Assembly (NCBI GenBank): GCA_963789955.1
Contig: CAWBMV010000001.1
Coordinates: 352,001-416,000, forward strand
Direction of reading: 5' to 3'
Origin: an uncultured Candidatus Rokubacteria bacterium
GTDB taxonomy: Bacteria > Methylomirabilota > Methylomirabilia > Rokubacteriales > CSP1-6
DNA: 64,000 nt
Shown: piece after piece, positions 9,628-20,473 of the stretch
Layout: every line of letters begins with the position of its first letter
Position numbering within the stretch: position 1 is the stretch's first letter
Notes under the pieces: generated by a model
Databases searched by the model: none
What the model was told of the DNA's origin: nothing
The model's input: the letters and a program-made list of their open reading frames with translations, nothing else
Made by a program: the position numbers and the translations under genes

Positions 9628-9637
9628 CACGTCCGCG

Positions 9638-11570
9638 CTAATTCCGTCCAGGCAGATCCACTTTGATCGCCCGGACCTCTGCGGCGCGCCCGTCAACCGG
9701 GATGGTGGGTAGTTCGCCTTTCGTCTTGACCGGCAGCCTGCGCAGGTGATCCATGATCGCCTGCCATTCCTTGATCTCGCGGCCGGCATCTTTTCCCGTC
9801 CCGGTGGCGATACTGCCCTTGTCCGTCCTTCCGGGCGGCGGCAGCAGGTAAGGTGAGTTGTTGTCGCGAGGCGCGTCGAGAGCCTCGACCTTCGACTTGA
9901 GGGGCTGACCCGCCTTGTTCTTGGGAACCAGAGCCAGTTTGCCCTTGGTGTACTTCGGGATGGCCATGACGATCAAACCGAGATACAGGGGGCACGTGAG
10001 ACTGTACAACCGCTGGTCCTTCCCGCTGATGTCGATCGTGCGGTAGCCGCGGTCGAGGTCTCCCATCTCGATGGTCGTCACGACGTCGAACTTCGGGCGC
10101 GACGGGTCGTAGCCGAACCGCATGCCGGACGCGCGAGGGAAATACTCCCCGGGGTGAGCGGGGCTGTCCACGAGCAGAAACTCGAGCAGATTCTTCAGCT
10201 CCAGGCCTGTGAAGTAGCCGGTCACGAGTGCGCTGCCGGCCGTGGGATCGACGACGCCCGCGCCGAGGGGCGCCACGGCGAACACATCGTAGACCGTTTG
10301 CACGCCTGACTTTCCCCGTGTAAGCCCGGCGCGCATCAGCCCGTTGGCGCTGAAGCCGACGTCCGCCTTCGTGGCGCTTCTGAAGGCGTCGGTGACGAGG
10401 TTGGCAAGGGGTGTGCTCGCGGCGATGTCGGTGAACGTGTTGGGCAGGTCCCGCGGCGCCACTGCCAGCGGCTGATCGATGCGGTACCCGCGGGACGCAA
10501 ACACGGCCGCGCTGACAGACTTCTTGAGCTCATCGATCGCGTCGGCAGTGGCTCGGTCACCGGCAACGGTGTCGTCGATCGCGTAGAGCCGGTAGGACTC
10601 GACCGTCAGCTTGCCGCCGTCCAGGGTGATCACCAGCTCGCCGAGGTTCTCGCCTTCCTTCCCGGTCTGGACGACGGGCGTGCGCTCGTTGATGATGATC
10701 GCCTCTTGCAGCGCCGTGTGACTGTGGCCGCCGATCACGACGTCGATGCCCGGCACGGCTTTGGCCAGGCGCACGTCGTCGCCGTCGGTGTAACGCCCGT
10801 CCTTCCCTTTCTCGAGGCCGCCGTGGCTGAGCGCGATGATCACATCCACCTTTTCCGTCTCGCGAAGGACCTTCACCATCTCTTTGGCGGTCTCGATGGC
10901 GTCGGAGAACGACACCGCACCGCCGCTGGTGTAGAAGATGGCCTCCTTGCCGAGCACCCCGAAGAGGCCGAAGCGAATGCCCTCGCGCTCGATCACGAGG
11001 TGGCGGCGAATCACCCCAGCCTTGACCAGACGCTGGAGGCCGGCCAGCGTTGGGTCGCTCCCCGCGGAACTGGTATTGGAGGCGAGCACCGCCGGAACCC
11101 GGCCGGCTTTGCTGGCCACGCCGATCGACTTGCCCAAACCATCCGGCCCAAGGTCGAATTCATGATTGCCAAAGGTGGTGGCGTCGTAGCCCATCCGGGA
11201 CATGAGCTGCAGCTCGCCGCCGGTCTCGCGGCCGGCGGCGCCGAACGCGGTTCCCATGCTGTAGTCGCCCGCGTCAAGCACCAACACCGGGCCCTGAGCT
11301 TTGCGCGCATCCTTCCTCTTCGCGATCAGGCCGGCCAGACGCGCGTATCCGCCCCGGGTGGTGTCGTCGTTAAGCGTGAACGGCGTGCGCGGCTGGACCC
11401 ATGCCGATGAACGCCGAGTGCATGTCGTTGGTGTGCAGGATGGTGAAGGTCTTTTTCCCGTCCGCTGCCGCGGCGACTTGTTCAGGCAAGACAATCGTCG
11501 CGCCGACTGCGACTGCGCCGGCCAGGAACTCACGACGAGAGAGAGACGGTTCTTCGTATGTGGTTTCCAT
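9638..11570 (-). CDS. Tat-exported bifunctional UDP-sugar hydrolase/5'-nucleotidase family protein (frameshift near 11400)
   Basis: SRREFLAGA Tat motif; ILHTNDMHS, LDAGD, GNHEFD, ALSHGG, GGHSHT metallophosphoesterase motifs. Confidence 0.9.
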
Positions 11571-11650
11571 AGTCGTCTCCCTTTTAATCATTTCACCCTC
11601 CGGGCCGCATCTGTTCTACGCAGATGCGGCCCGGTGGATTGATGCCCGTC

Positions 11651-13251
11651 CTACTTCGAAGAGCTTTCCTTGAGCTTGCGAAGAACTTCATCCAGGTTGA
11701 AGCTGTCCGCCTTCTGCCGCTGTGGGTAGTCCTTGAAGGTCATCAGGAACTGACCCACGTAGGCCTGCGCGGGGACCATCAAAAAAGCATGATCGAGAAG
11801 CCAGTCCCAGTAGGTGTTCGACGTGATGTCCGCCCGCTCGTACGGATCCGTGCGGAGGTTAAACATCTTCGGGACCCGCAAGCTGGTGAACGGGTTCGCC
11901 CAGATAAGCATCGTTCCCGGGGTCCGCTGCTCCATGAACACGAGCTTCCAGTTGTCATATCGCAGCGCGGTCAATTGCTGGTCGTCGTTGATATATAGGA
12001 ACGACTCCCGCGGGCTTTTCGCGACTTGCCCAGTCAGGTAGGGGACGAGGTTGTCGCCGTCCAGATGAACCTTGTAGGTCATGTCGCCGGCCTTGAAGCC
12101 CTTGAGCAGCTTGTCCTTCACCTGCGTGTCGCCGGCCATGGCTAGAAAGGTCGGCAGCCAATCGAGGTGGGCGACAATTTCGTTGGACACACTGCCCGGT
12201 TTGATTTTGCCTGGCCAGCGGATCATGGCCGGCACCCGGTAGGCGCCTTCCCAGTTCGAGTTTTTCTCGCTGCGGAATGGCGTCATCGCCGCATCCGGCC
12301 AGGAGTTCATGTGCGGGCCGTTGTCGGTGCTGTACATGACGAAGGTATTGTTCGCGATGCCCAGGTCGTCGAGCACTTTGAGAACCGTGCCGACATTCTT
12401 GTCGTGGTCGACCATGGTGTCGTGATACGGGCTCTGAAAACGCCCCGCCTGGCCGATGCTCGCCGGCTTGGTGTGGGTGCGGAAGTGCATGTGAGAGAAG
12501 TTCACCCAGACAAAGGCCGGCTTGCCGGCCTGGTTTTGCCGCTTGATGAAGTCCACGGCGCGGTCGGCGACGTCATCGTCGATGGTCTCCATCCGCTTCT
12601 TGGTCAGCGGGCCAGTGTCTTTGCACACCTGCTTGCCCACCTTGCCGAATCGCGGATCTACCGTCGCATCGTCCGTGCTCGAGGCCTTGCAGTCGAGCAC
12701 GCCGCGCGGGCCGAATTTGCCGAGAAACGCCGGGTCTTTCGGATAGTCCGGCAGTTCCGGCTCTTCGTTGGCGTTCAGGTGATAGAGGTTGCCGTAGAAC
12801 TCGTCAAAACCGTGCACGGTGGGCAGGTACTCGTTGCGGTCGCCCAGGTGATTCTTACCGAATTGGCCAGTGGCATAGCCCTGTGCTTTCAGCAGCTCGG
12901 CAATCGTCGGATCTTCTTTTTGCAACCCTACCGCGGCACCCGGCAAGCCGACCTTGGTCAAGCCGGTGCGCAGGCCGGATTGGCCGTGATGAACGACGCC
13001 CGGCCGGCCGTGCAGCTCTGCTCGGCATAGTAGTCGGTGAACATCATGCCTTCCCTGGCAACCCGGTCGATGTTGGGCGTCTGGTAGCCCATCACGCCGC
13101 GCGAGTAGGCGCTGATGTTGGACTGGCCGATGTCGTCGCCCCAGATGATGACGATGTTGGGTTTCTGCTGCGCGGATGCTGGAGTGTCCGCCAGCGCCCC
13201 GGCGGTGCACACCACCAGGAGGCCGAGCAAAACTTTGCGTGCGTACCCCAT
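11651..13251 (-). CDS. Arylsulfatase (Cys-type, secreted; frameshift near 12985)
   Basis: Signal peptide then KPNIVIIWGDDIG, SCTAGRASFITG (CxAxR), GKNHLG, TDNG, KNSNWEG. Confidence 0.93.
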
Positions 13252-13277
13252 CCTTTGTCTCCTTGCCTGTCTTTCAG

Positions 13278-13407
13278 TTAGTTGGCATCGCTCGGCGTCT
13301 CGCCCAGGAGGAGCCCGAGATAGTGCGAGACGCCGATGAGTTGGGCGCCCTTGGCTTTGAGTTCCCGCAGCGCGCGGTCACCCCTGCCGATCGGCGAACA
13401 GTAGATG
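13278..13407 (-). pseudogene. Possible C-terminal remnant of a small STAS-like protein
   Basis: With one indel reads HLLFADRQGDRALRELKAKGAQLIGVSHYLGLLLGETPSDAN*; no start codon, abuts the carbonic anhydrase stop. Confidence 0.35.
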
Positions 13408-13408
13408 C

Positions 13409-14149
13409 CTATGATCTGGGTGCCGAGGACAGGAAATCGACGACCGCCGTTTCTAGGTTATACATCGCCCCGGCGATCTTGACGGCGCCCGCGGTCTCGA
13501 GCTCGGCGATGACGGCACTGCCACTGCGGATCCCGGCCATGGTGAGCTCGACATTCTTTCGAGCGACCGCGTCGACGAAGGCATAGTTCTTCGCGGAGCG
13601 CTCGCCCTGATACGAAGTGGCATCCACCGCTGGCTGGATCTTCGCGAGCAGCCCGGTGAGATTGCCGAGCTGGGCCCGGTCGATGGCGCCCTTGATCGCG
13701 CCGCACGCGGTGTGGCCCATCACCAGCACGACCTTGGCGCGGGCTATCTTGCAGGCGAACTCCATGCTCCCGAGGATGTCGTCGTTGGCGATGTTGCCGG
13801 CCACGCGCGCATTGAACACGTCGCCGATGCCGAGGTCCATGACCGTCTCGGCGGGTGCGCGAGAGTCGATGCAGCTCAGGATCACCGCGGCCGGATACTG
13901 TCCCTTCGCGCTGGCTCGCTGCTGAGCCAGGTAATCTTGCGTCGTTTTCCGGCCCATGCGGAAGCGCTCATTGCCTTTCTTCATCAGCTGGATGATCTCG
14001 TCCTGCGTCAGCCGGTCGCGCTGCGCCTTGGTCAGCGCGGCCGCCCAGGCGATCCGGCCGGGGAGCGCGGAACCAACGAGCGCGACCGCGCCGGCCATGC
14101 CCGCGGCTCTGAGAAATGCTCTGCGGTCGCGATCCCCCGGTTTGCTCAT
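13409..14149 (-). CDS. Tat-exported beta-class carbonic anhydrase
   Basis: DRRAFLRAA Tat motif; LSCIDSR, ARVAGN, MGHTACGAI zinc ligands. Confidence 0.94.
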   Translation of the reverse strand: MSKPGDRDRRAFLRAAGMAGAVALVGSALPGRIAWAAALTKAQRDRLTQDEIIQLMKKGNERFRMGRKTTQDYLAQQRASAKGQYPAAVILSCIDSRAPAETVMDLGIGDVFNARVAGNIANDDILGSMEFACKIARAKVVLVMGHTACGAIKGAIDRAQLGNLTGLLAKIQPAVDATSYQGERSAKNYAFVDAVARKNVELTMAGIRSGSAVIAELETAGAVKIAGAMYNLETAVVDFLSSAPRS

Positions 14150-14345
14150 GCCGATCTTCCTCGAACACGTGCTGTATGTCAGGGACGCGATCGTCTCAGG
14201 CGGGCCGACGACCCTCCGTCAATCTTCAGCGCCGCCCTGGTTGCTCGTCACCATCCGCCAGACGCTGTCTGTCCCCGCGTTCAGGACGGGTTACGATGGC
14301 GCGCTCAATGGCCTTCCCCAGCCGAAGCATCGAGGAGACCCTGAC

Positions 14346-15401
14346 ATGATTCTACGAGTTTTGCTGCTCGCCATCCCGGCGACATTTCTTGTGCACCAGC
14401 TGGCCGGCGATCGCACGACCCTGCTGTTCTTTTGCAGCATAGTCGCGATGATCCCCGCGTCGTTATATATCGAGAAGTCCACAGACTCGCTCGCGACGTA
14501 TCTCGGACAGAGCGTGGAGGACTGGTCAACGCGACGTTCGGGAACCTCCCGGAGCTCTTCATCGGCGTGGCCACTCTGCGGCTGGGCTTGCAGGATTTCC
14601 TGAAGGCGCAGATCGTCGGCGGCATCATCGTCAACCTGCTGCTCGTCCTTGGAGTGGCCATGCTCCTCGGTGGCCTTCGCTATCACCTGCAAGCGTACAG
14701 CACGATCAGCGCACGATCCTACTCGTCCCTGATGCTTCTGGCGATCGTCGCTCTTCTGTTCCCTTCCGCCTATGTCGCGGCGTCGCCGCAGTTCGACACC
14801 CATCGGCTCGTCGTGTTGTCGGTCTGTGTCGCGCTCGTCCTTTTGATCACGTACGTGCTGTACCTGGTCTTCAGTTTACGGACTCACAAGGACGTCATGG
14901 ACACGCCCGAAGAGGTCGAAGCTGTTCAGACGAGTCTCGCTGGTCACTGCCGGTTTCCGTCGCGGCCTTGCTGGCCTCATCGCTCTGTGCCGTGTGGCTC
15001 AGCGATATCCTGGTCGACTCGGTGACGCCGGCAGCAACCGCGCTGGGTCTCAGTCAGGTCTTCATGGGCATCATTCTGATGGGCACGATCGGCAACGTCT
15101 CGGGGTTGGTCACCGCGATCAAAGCAGCGCGGAAGGATCGGATGGACCTGGCGTTCAGCGTGTGTGTGGGCTCGAGCGTCCAGCAGGCGCTTTTCGTGGC
15201 TCCGGCCCTGGTGCTCCTGAGCTTGGTCCTCGGGAAGGCTCCAATGGATTTTGCGTTCAAGCCGGCGATGGCCGTGAGCCCCTTGCTTTGCGTGGTGCTG
15301 ATGGGCGTGCCATCTCCGACGGCCAGAGTCACTGGATGAAAGGTGTTCAGCTGCTCGCGCTCTTTGGCGTCCTCACGAGCGTCATTCTGGTGCTGACGTA
15401 G
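14346..15401 (+). CDS. Calcium/proton antiporter (CaCA/CAX, ChaA-like); frameshifts near 14520, 14960, 15315
   Basis: GGLVNATFGNLPEL, IVGGIIVNLLLVLG, FSLRTHKD, KDRMDLA...VGSSVQQALFV, DGQSHWMKGVQLL. Confidence 0.85.
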
Positions 15402-15446
15402 GCGGTGATCGGAGGTCAGGAGGCCCCCCGCGCTGCAGGAGCTCGT

Positions 15447-15472
15447 CGACCCACTCGCGGGCGAGTGGGTCG
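15447..15472. repeat. Perfect 12-bp inverted repeat with 2-nt spacer made from PIG-L gene sequence
   Basis: CGACCCACTCGC-GG-GCGAGTGGGTCG; the left arm plus flank matches GAGCTCGTCGACCCACTCGC inside the PIG-L gene. Confidence 0.8.
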
Positions 15473-15524
15473 GCATGTCGGTGTAGTCGCAGTGGCCAGG
15501 GACGAAGGTCCGATAGCCCCGGAT

Positions 15525-15878
15525 CTAGCTGGCGTCGCGCCAGAGCGCCATCCGCCTGAAGCCCTCGGCGTGCTTGACCCCGACCTCCTTGCCGTCGCGC
15601 AGCGCCCACGCGCGCAGCAGCTCATCGACCCACTCGCCCTTACCCACCTGCGACACGTGCGCCTTGAGCGCGGAGCACTTGAGCGCGAGCGTGTCGGTGA
15701 TGTCGATATAGGTGTCGGACGGGATCGCGCCGCTGATGAACACTTCTTTCACTTTGTGCGGCTCGAGCCCCTCGGCGAGGAGCTCCTGAAAGATCACGCG
15801 CGTCTCCGAGGACGGAAAGACCGCGTCGAGCGCCGCGCTGGCGACCGCGCGGTGGTCGGGGTGATTCAGGTACTCGTT
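15525..15878 (-). pseudogene. Orphan duplicate of the 3' half of the PIG-L deacetylase gene
   Basis: Aligns with 16181-16538 with mostly third-position differences; encodes NEYLNHPDH...RMALWRDAS*; no genuine N-terminus. Confidence 0.88.
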
Positions 15879-15879
15879 A

Positions 15880-16143
15880 GCGCAGACGAACTCCGATGGG
15901 TCGCTGACGCTCTTCATCCAGAACAAGACGCCGGGGCGGGCCAGGGAATCCAACTGGCTACCCGCGCCGGCCGGCCCGATCTACCTGGTGATGCGCCTGT
16001 ACTGGCCGAAGGACACGCCGCCCTCGATCCTGCCGGCGGGTGAGGGAACGTGGAGTCCGCCCGCGCTCGTCGCGTCGCTCCGCAATTCCCGCAGAAATGG
16101 TTGCCGTCGGGATTCTGAGACTTGTACGCGGCGCAGAACATGA
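15880..16143 (+). pseudogene. C-terminal fragment of a DUF1254/DUF1214 protein
   Basis: Plus-strand translation NSDGSLTLFIQNKTPG...ESNWLPAPAGPIYLVMRLYWPKDTPPSIL...GTWSPP; no start. Confidence 0.75.
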
Positions 16144-16180
16144 ATCTCCCACCGGGTGGTGCAGTACAGGACCGGGGCCC

Positions 16181-16931
16181 CTAGGTCTCGTCGCGCCACA
16201 ACGCCATCCGCTTGAACCCCTCGGCGTGCTTCGACGCCGACTTCCTTGCCGTCGCGAAGCGCCCACGCGCGCAAGAGCTCGTCGACCCACTCGCCCTTGC
16301 CCACCTGCGAGACGTGCGCCTTGAGCGCCTGAGCACTTCAGGCGCGAGCGTGTCGGTGATGTCGATGTAGGTGTCGGTCGTGGAGCGCGCCGCTGATGAA
16401 GACTTCTTTCACCTTGTGCGGCTCGAGCCCCTCGGCGAGGAGCTCCTGGAAGATCACGCGTGTCTCCGAGGACGGAAAGACCGCGTCGAGCGCCGCGCTG
16501 GCGACCGCGCGGTGGTCGGGGTGGTTCAGGTACTCGTTGCCGTACCAGCGCATCGTCGGATCGCCGCACACCACGACGTGCGGCTTGACGCGGCGAATCA
16601 CGCGCGTCAGGTCACGCCGCAGCGCGATCGTCGGCTCGACGACACCGTCCTGATAGCCGAGGAAGACGATGTCCTTCACGCCGAGGATCTTCGCGGCGTC
16701 CCACGACTCGCGCTCGCGGATCGGGATCAGCCCCGTGTTGTCCGGCGTGTGCTCGTTGGTGCCGGAGCCGCCGGTCGTGACCAGGCAGAACACGACGTCG
16801 CGGCCCTCACGCGCCCAGCGGGCGACACTCCCCGCGATCGTGAACTCGTTGTCGTCCGGGTGCGCGGAGATGCAGAGGATCCGCGTGAAGTCTTTTGGCA
16901 GCGTGTGCGGCTTGCGCGCTTTGTCCGCCAT
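16181..16931 (-). CDS. PIG-L / LmbE family deacetylase (indels at about 16230-16385)
   Basis: AHPDDNE, VTTGGSG, IRERES, FLGYQDG, NHPDH; C-terminus RMALWRDET* rebuilt across frames. Confidence 0.9.
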
Positions 16932-16949
16932 CGTCCTGCTCCGTCCCGC

Positions 16950-18497
16950 CTATCCTCGCATGCCGAAGGTCGACGGCCCCGGCCGCCGGAGCGGCGCCGT
17001 GAGGTTGGCGAACTCGCACAGGAGCGGCCGCGTGTCGCGCGGGTCGACGATCTCCTCGATCCAGAAGGTCTCGGCCGAGCGGAACGGCGAGCGGAGCTTG
17101 TTGAGCCGATCTTCGATCTCCGCCATCTTGGCCGTCCGGTCCGGCGCCGCGTCCAGATCGGCGCGATAGGCGGCCTCGATCCCGCCCTCGAGCGGTAACG
17201 AGCCCCAGCGGCCCGACGGCCACGCGTAGCGCATGCAGTAGCGGCTCTGATTTCGATGGGCGGCGCCGGCCACGCCGAACGAGTTGCGCACGATCACCGC
17301 GCACCACGGAATCGTGGTCTGCCACATCGCCGACATGGCGCGCACGCCCTGCTTGATCGTCCCGCTCTTCTCGGCGTCGAGCCCGATCAGGAATCCGGGG
17401 CAATCGACCAGATAGACGACCGGAAGGTGGAACGTCTGCGCGATGTCGAGGAAGCGCTCGACCTTCTGGCAGGTGTCGGCCGGCCAGGCGCCGCCGTAGA
17501 AGTACGGATCGCTCGCCATCAGCGCGACCGGCCAGCCGTCGAGACGCGCGTAGCCGGTGATGACCGAGCGACCGTAGAGCGGCGCCACCTCGAAGAACGA
17601 GCCCTGGTCGACGACGGACTCGACGATGCGCCGCATCTTGTACGGCTTGCGCGGATCGTGCGGGATCGCCTCGAAGAGCCACGGGTCGCGGCGCTGCGGA
17701 TCGTCACCGCGGGGCCCGCGCGGCGGCACGTCGTCGATCGACGACGGGAGGTACGAGAGAAAGCGCCGCGCGCGCGCGAAGGCTTCTTCCTCGCTGTCGA
17801 CGGCGTCGTCGACGGCGCCGGCCTTGAGCTGGATCTCCCAGCCGCCGAGCTCGTTCTTGGTGAGCTTCTGGCCGAGGCGCTCGACCACCGGCGGGCCGGC
17901 GACGAAGAGCGCCGAGAGGTTCTTCACCATGATCGAGTAGTGCGCGGCGGCGAGGTGGGCGGCGCCGAGGCCGGCGACCGAGCCGAGGCCGAGCGCCACG
18001 CGCGGGATCGTCGCCATGTTGCTGACGACCCACTCCCAGCCGTCGACACCCGGCACATTGGCGCGGCCCGTCGTCTCGATCGTCTTCACCGAGCCGCCGC
18101 CGCCGGAGCCCTCGACCAGTCGGATCAACGGCAGGCGCAGGTCGTGGGCCATCCGCTCGCACTGGTTGTGCTTGCCGCGAATGGTCGCGTCGGCCGAGCC
18201 GCCGCGCACGGTGAAGTCGTCACCGCCGATCACGACCGGCCGCCCGTCGACCTCGGCGCGGCCGAACACGAAGTTCGAAGGCGTGAACGCGACGAGGTCA
18301 TTCTTCGCGTCGTATCTCGCGCTGCCGGCGATCTTGCCGATCTCGTGGAAGCTGCCGGGGTCGGCGAGCTTGGCGACGCGCTCGAGAATCGTCAGGCGGC
18401 CGCCGTCGTGCTGGCGCTTCACCCGCTCGGGCCCGCCCAGCTGCGAGGCGAGCTCCTCGCGACGCCTCAGCTCGTCCAGCTCCTTTTGCCAGTCCAT
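16950..18497 (-). CDS. Acyl-CoA carboxylase carboxyltransferase (beta) subunit
   Basis: DDFTVRGGS, GSVAGLGA, LFVAGPPVV, GYARLDG, VDCPGFLIG, IVDPRDTR. Confidence 0.92.
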   Translation of the reverse strand: MDWQKELDELRRREELASQLGGPERVKRQHDGGRLTILERVAKLADPGSFHEIGKIAGSARYDAKNDLVAFTPSNFVFGRAEVDGRPVVIGGDDFTVRGGSADATIRGKHNQCERMAHDLRLPLIRLVEGSGGGGSVKTIETTGRANVPGVDGWEWVVSNMATIPRVALGLGSVAGLGAAHLAAAHYSIMVKNLSALFVAGPPVVERLGQKLTKNELGGWEIQLKAGAVDDAVDSEEEAFARARRFLSYLPSSIDDVPPRGPRGDDPQRRDPWLFEAIPHDPRKPYKMRRIVESVVDQGSFFEVAPLYGRSVITGYARLDGWPVALMASDPYFYGGAWPADTCQKVERFLDIAQTFHLPVVYLVDCPGFLIGLDAEKSGTIKQGVRAMSAMWQTTIPWCAVIVRNSFGVAGAAHRNQSRYCMRYAWPSGRWGSLPLEGGIEAAYRADLDAAPDRTAKMAEIEDRLNKLRSPFRSAETFWIEEIVDPRDTRPLLCEFANLTAPLRRPGPSTFGMRG

Positions 18498-18509
18498 GCG
18501 GCCCGCCCG

Positions 18510-18656
18510 TTACTCTTTCTTTCGACGGCGATCGTCGCCACCTTGTGGATATCGCTGGCGCAGGAGCTCGATGAGCTTTTGCTCTTCTTGCTTCGTCAGG
18601 GCGTCGAGCCAGCTCCTGATGTCGTGACGGTCGTCACGGTCGGCGGTCTCGGACAC
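18510..18656 (-). CDS. Hypothetical 48-aa protein
   Basis: GGGGAGGT RBS then GTG; SETADRDDRHDIRSWLDALTKQEEQKLIELLRQRYPQGGDDRRRKKE; stop 12 nt before the next ATG. Confidence 0.55.
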   Translation of the reverse strand: MSETADRDDRHDIRSWLDALTKQEEQKLIELLRQRYPQGGDDRRRKKE

Positions 18657-18836
18657 GTCGCACCTCCCCCGGGGCCCCGTCATTATACGGGACGCATGAC
18701 GCACTCGGCGGTGTGTTACCTATCTATCCATATGCGCTATATGCGCGCCTAGCCCGGCGGGGCCTCAGCCCCACGACGGGCTGCGGCGCGCACCGCGATC
18801 GAGCAGAGAGCCCACCGGCTCGGAGGGAGGCCCGGC

Positions 18837-20355
18837 GTGGACGACATACTGATCGGCAAGGGTGACCGGCCCGTTCACCTGCTGCCCAGGTACGGCAACC
18901 GCCACGGCCTGGTCGCCGGCGCCACCGGCACCGGCAAGACGATCTCGCTGATGGTGATGGCGGAAGGCTTCTCGCGTCTGGGCGTGCCGGTGTTCATGGC
19001 CGACGTGAAGGGCGACGTCGCGGGCCTGTCGATGGCGGGCACGCCGAACGACAAGATCCGCGAACGCGTCACCCAGATCGGCATGCAGGGCTACACCAAC
19101 GAAGCCAGCCCCGTGGTGTTCTGGGATCTCTACGGCAAGGCCGGCCATCCCGTCCGCGCGACGATCAGCGAGGTCGGCCCGAGCCTGCTGGCGCGCATGC
19201 TCGAGATCAACGACACGCAGGAGGGCATGCTCGAGATCGCCTTCAAGCTCGCGGACGACCGCGGGCTCCTGCTGCTCGATCTCGACGACCTGCGCGCGCT
19301 GCTCGACTTCGTCGCCGACAACCGCAAGGAGATCTCGACGAAGTACGGGCTGATCAGCACGCAGTCGATTGCGGCCATCCAGCGCGCGCTCCTCGGGCTC
19401 GAGCGCGAGGGCGGGGAGGCGCTGTTCGGCGAGCCGGCGCTCGACCTCAAGGACCTGATGCGCACGGATACGAGCGGCCGCGGGCTCGTCAACATCCTGG
19501 CGGCCGACCAGCTCATCCTGAAGCCGCGGCTCTACTCGAGCTTCCTCCTGTGGCTCCTCTCGGAGCTCTTCGAGAATCTCCCGGAGGTCGGCGATCTCGA
19601 CAAGCCGAAGCTGGTCTTCTTCTTCGACGAGGCGCACCTGCTCTTCGACGATGCGCCGTCGGCGCTGCGCCAGCGGGTCGAGCAGGTCGTCCGGATCATC
19701 CGATCGAAGGGCGTCGGCGTCTACTTCTGCTCGCAGTTCCCCGACGACGTGCCGAACGAGATCCTGGGCCAGCTCGGCAATCGAGTCCAGCACGCGCTGC
19801 GCGCCTACACGCCTCGCGACCAGAAGGCGGTGCGCACCGCGGCCGAGACGTTCGTGGCCAACCCCAAGCTCGACGTCGCCAAGGTGATCGCCGAGCTCGG
19901 CGTGGGCGAGGCGCTCGTGTCGACGCTCCAGGACAAGGGCGTGCCGATGCCGGTCGAGCGCACGATGATCTGCCCCCCGCGCTGCCGCATGGGCGCGATC
20001 ACGCCGGAGGAGCGCGCGACGGTCCGCTCGCGGAGCCCGATCGGTGGCAAGTACGACACGCGGGTGAATCGGGAGTCGGCCTACGAGATCCTGAACAATC
20101 GGACCGTGTCGACCGGTGCGCCGGCGGCGAAGCCGAGCGATGCGCCGTCGCAAGCCCCGGCCGCATCCGCGCCGAGCAGGACGCCGGCAGACCGGCCTCG
20201 GCTCGCAGGTGAGCGAGATCCTCTGGGGCAACAAGCGCCGCCAGGGCATGGTCGAAGCGATGGCCAAGCAGGCCGCGCGCACGGTCGGCAGCCAGATCGG
20301 GCGGCAGATCATCCGCGGCGTGCTCGGCGGAATCCTCGGCGGGTCTCGACGATAG
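18837..20355 (+). CDS. DUF853 / YjgR HerA-like ATPase (frameshift near 20190)
   Basis: NRHGLVAGATGTGKT, ADVKGD, FFFDEAHLLF, IRSKGVGVYF, QLGNRVQHALRAYTPRDQKAV, C-terminal GRQIIRGVLGG. Confidence 0.93.
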
Positions 20356-20473
20356 TGCGCGCGCTCGTTTGGTTCGGCCTCATGATGCACCGTCGCGGAC
20401 CGCGCCAAGCAGACCTACCCCGCAACATCCCGATCCCCTGAGGACACATGCGCGACGAGGTGTTCGAGACGAG

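Noticed and set aside
13292..13336. 12-bp inverted repeat TCGGCGTCTCGC / GCGAGACGCCGA as terminator or mobile-element end
   Set aside because: 21-nt loop, no U-tract, no transposase; lies within a probable gene remnant.
15525..16538. PIG-L duplicate as a diversity-generating retroelement TR/VR pair
   Set aside because: Differences are mainly synonymous rather than adenine-specific, and no reverse transcriptase is in the window.
18837..20355. HerA-like ATPase as an anti-phage system
   Set aside because: Motifs fit the widespread stand-alone DUF853/YjgR family; no nuclease or Sir2 partner is adjacent.
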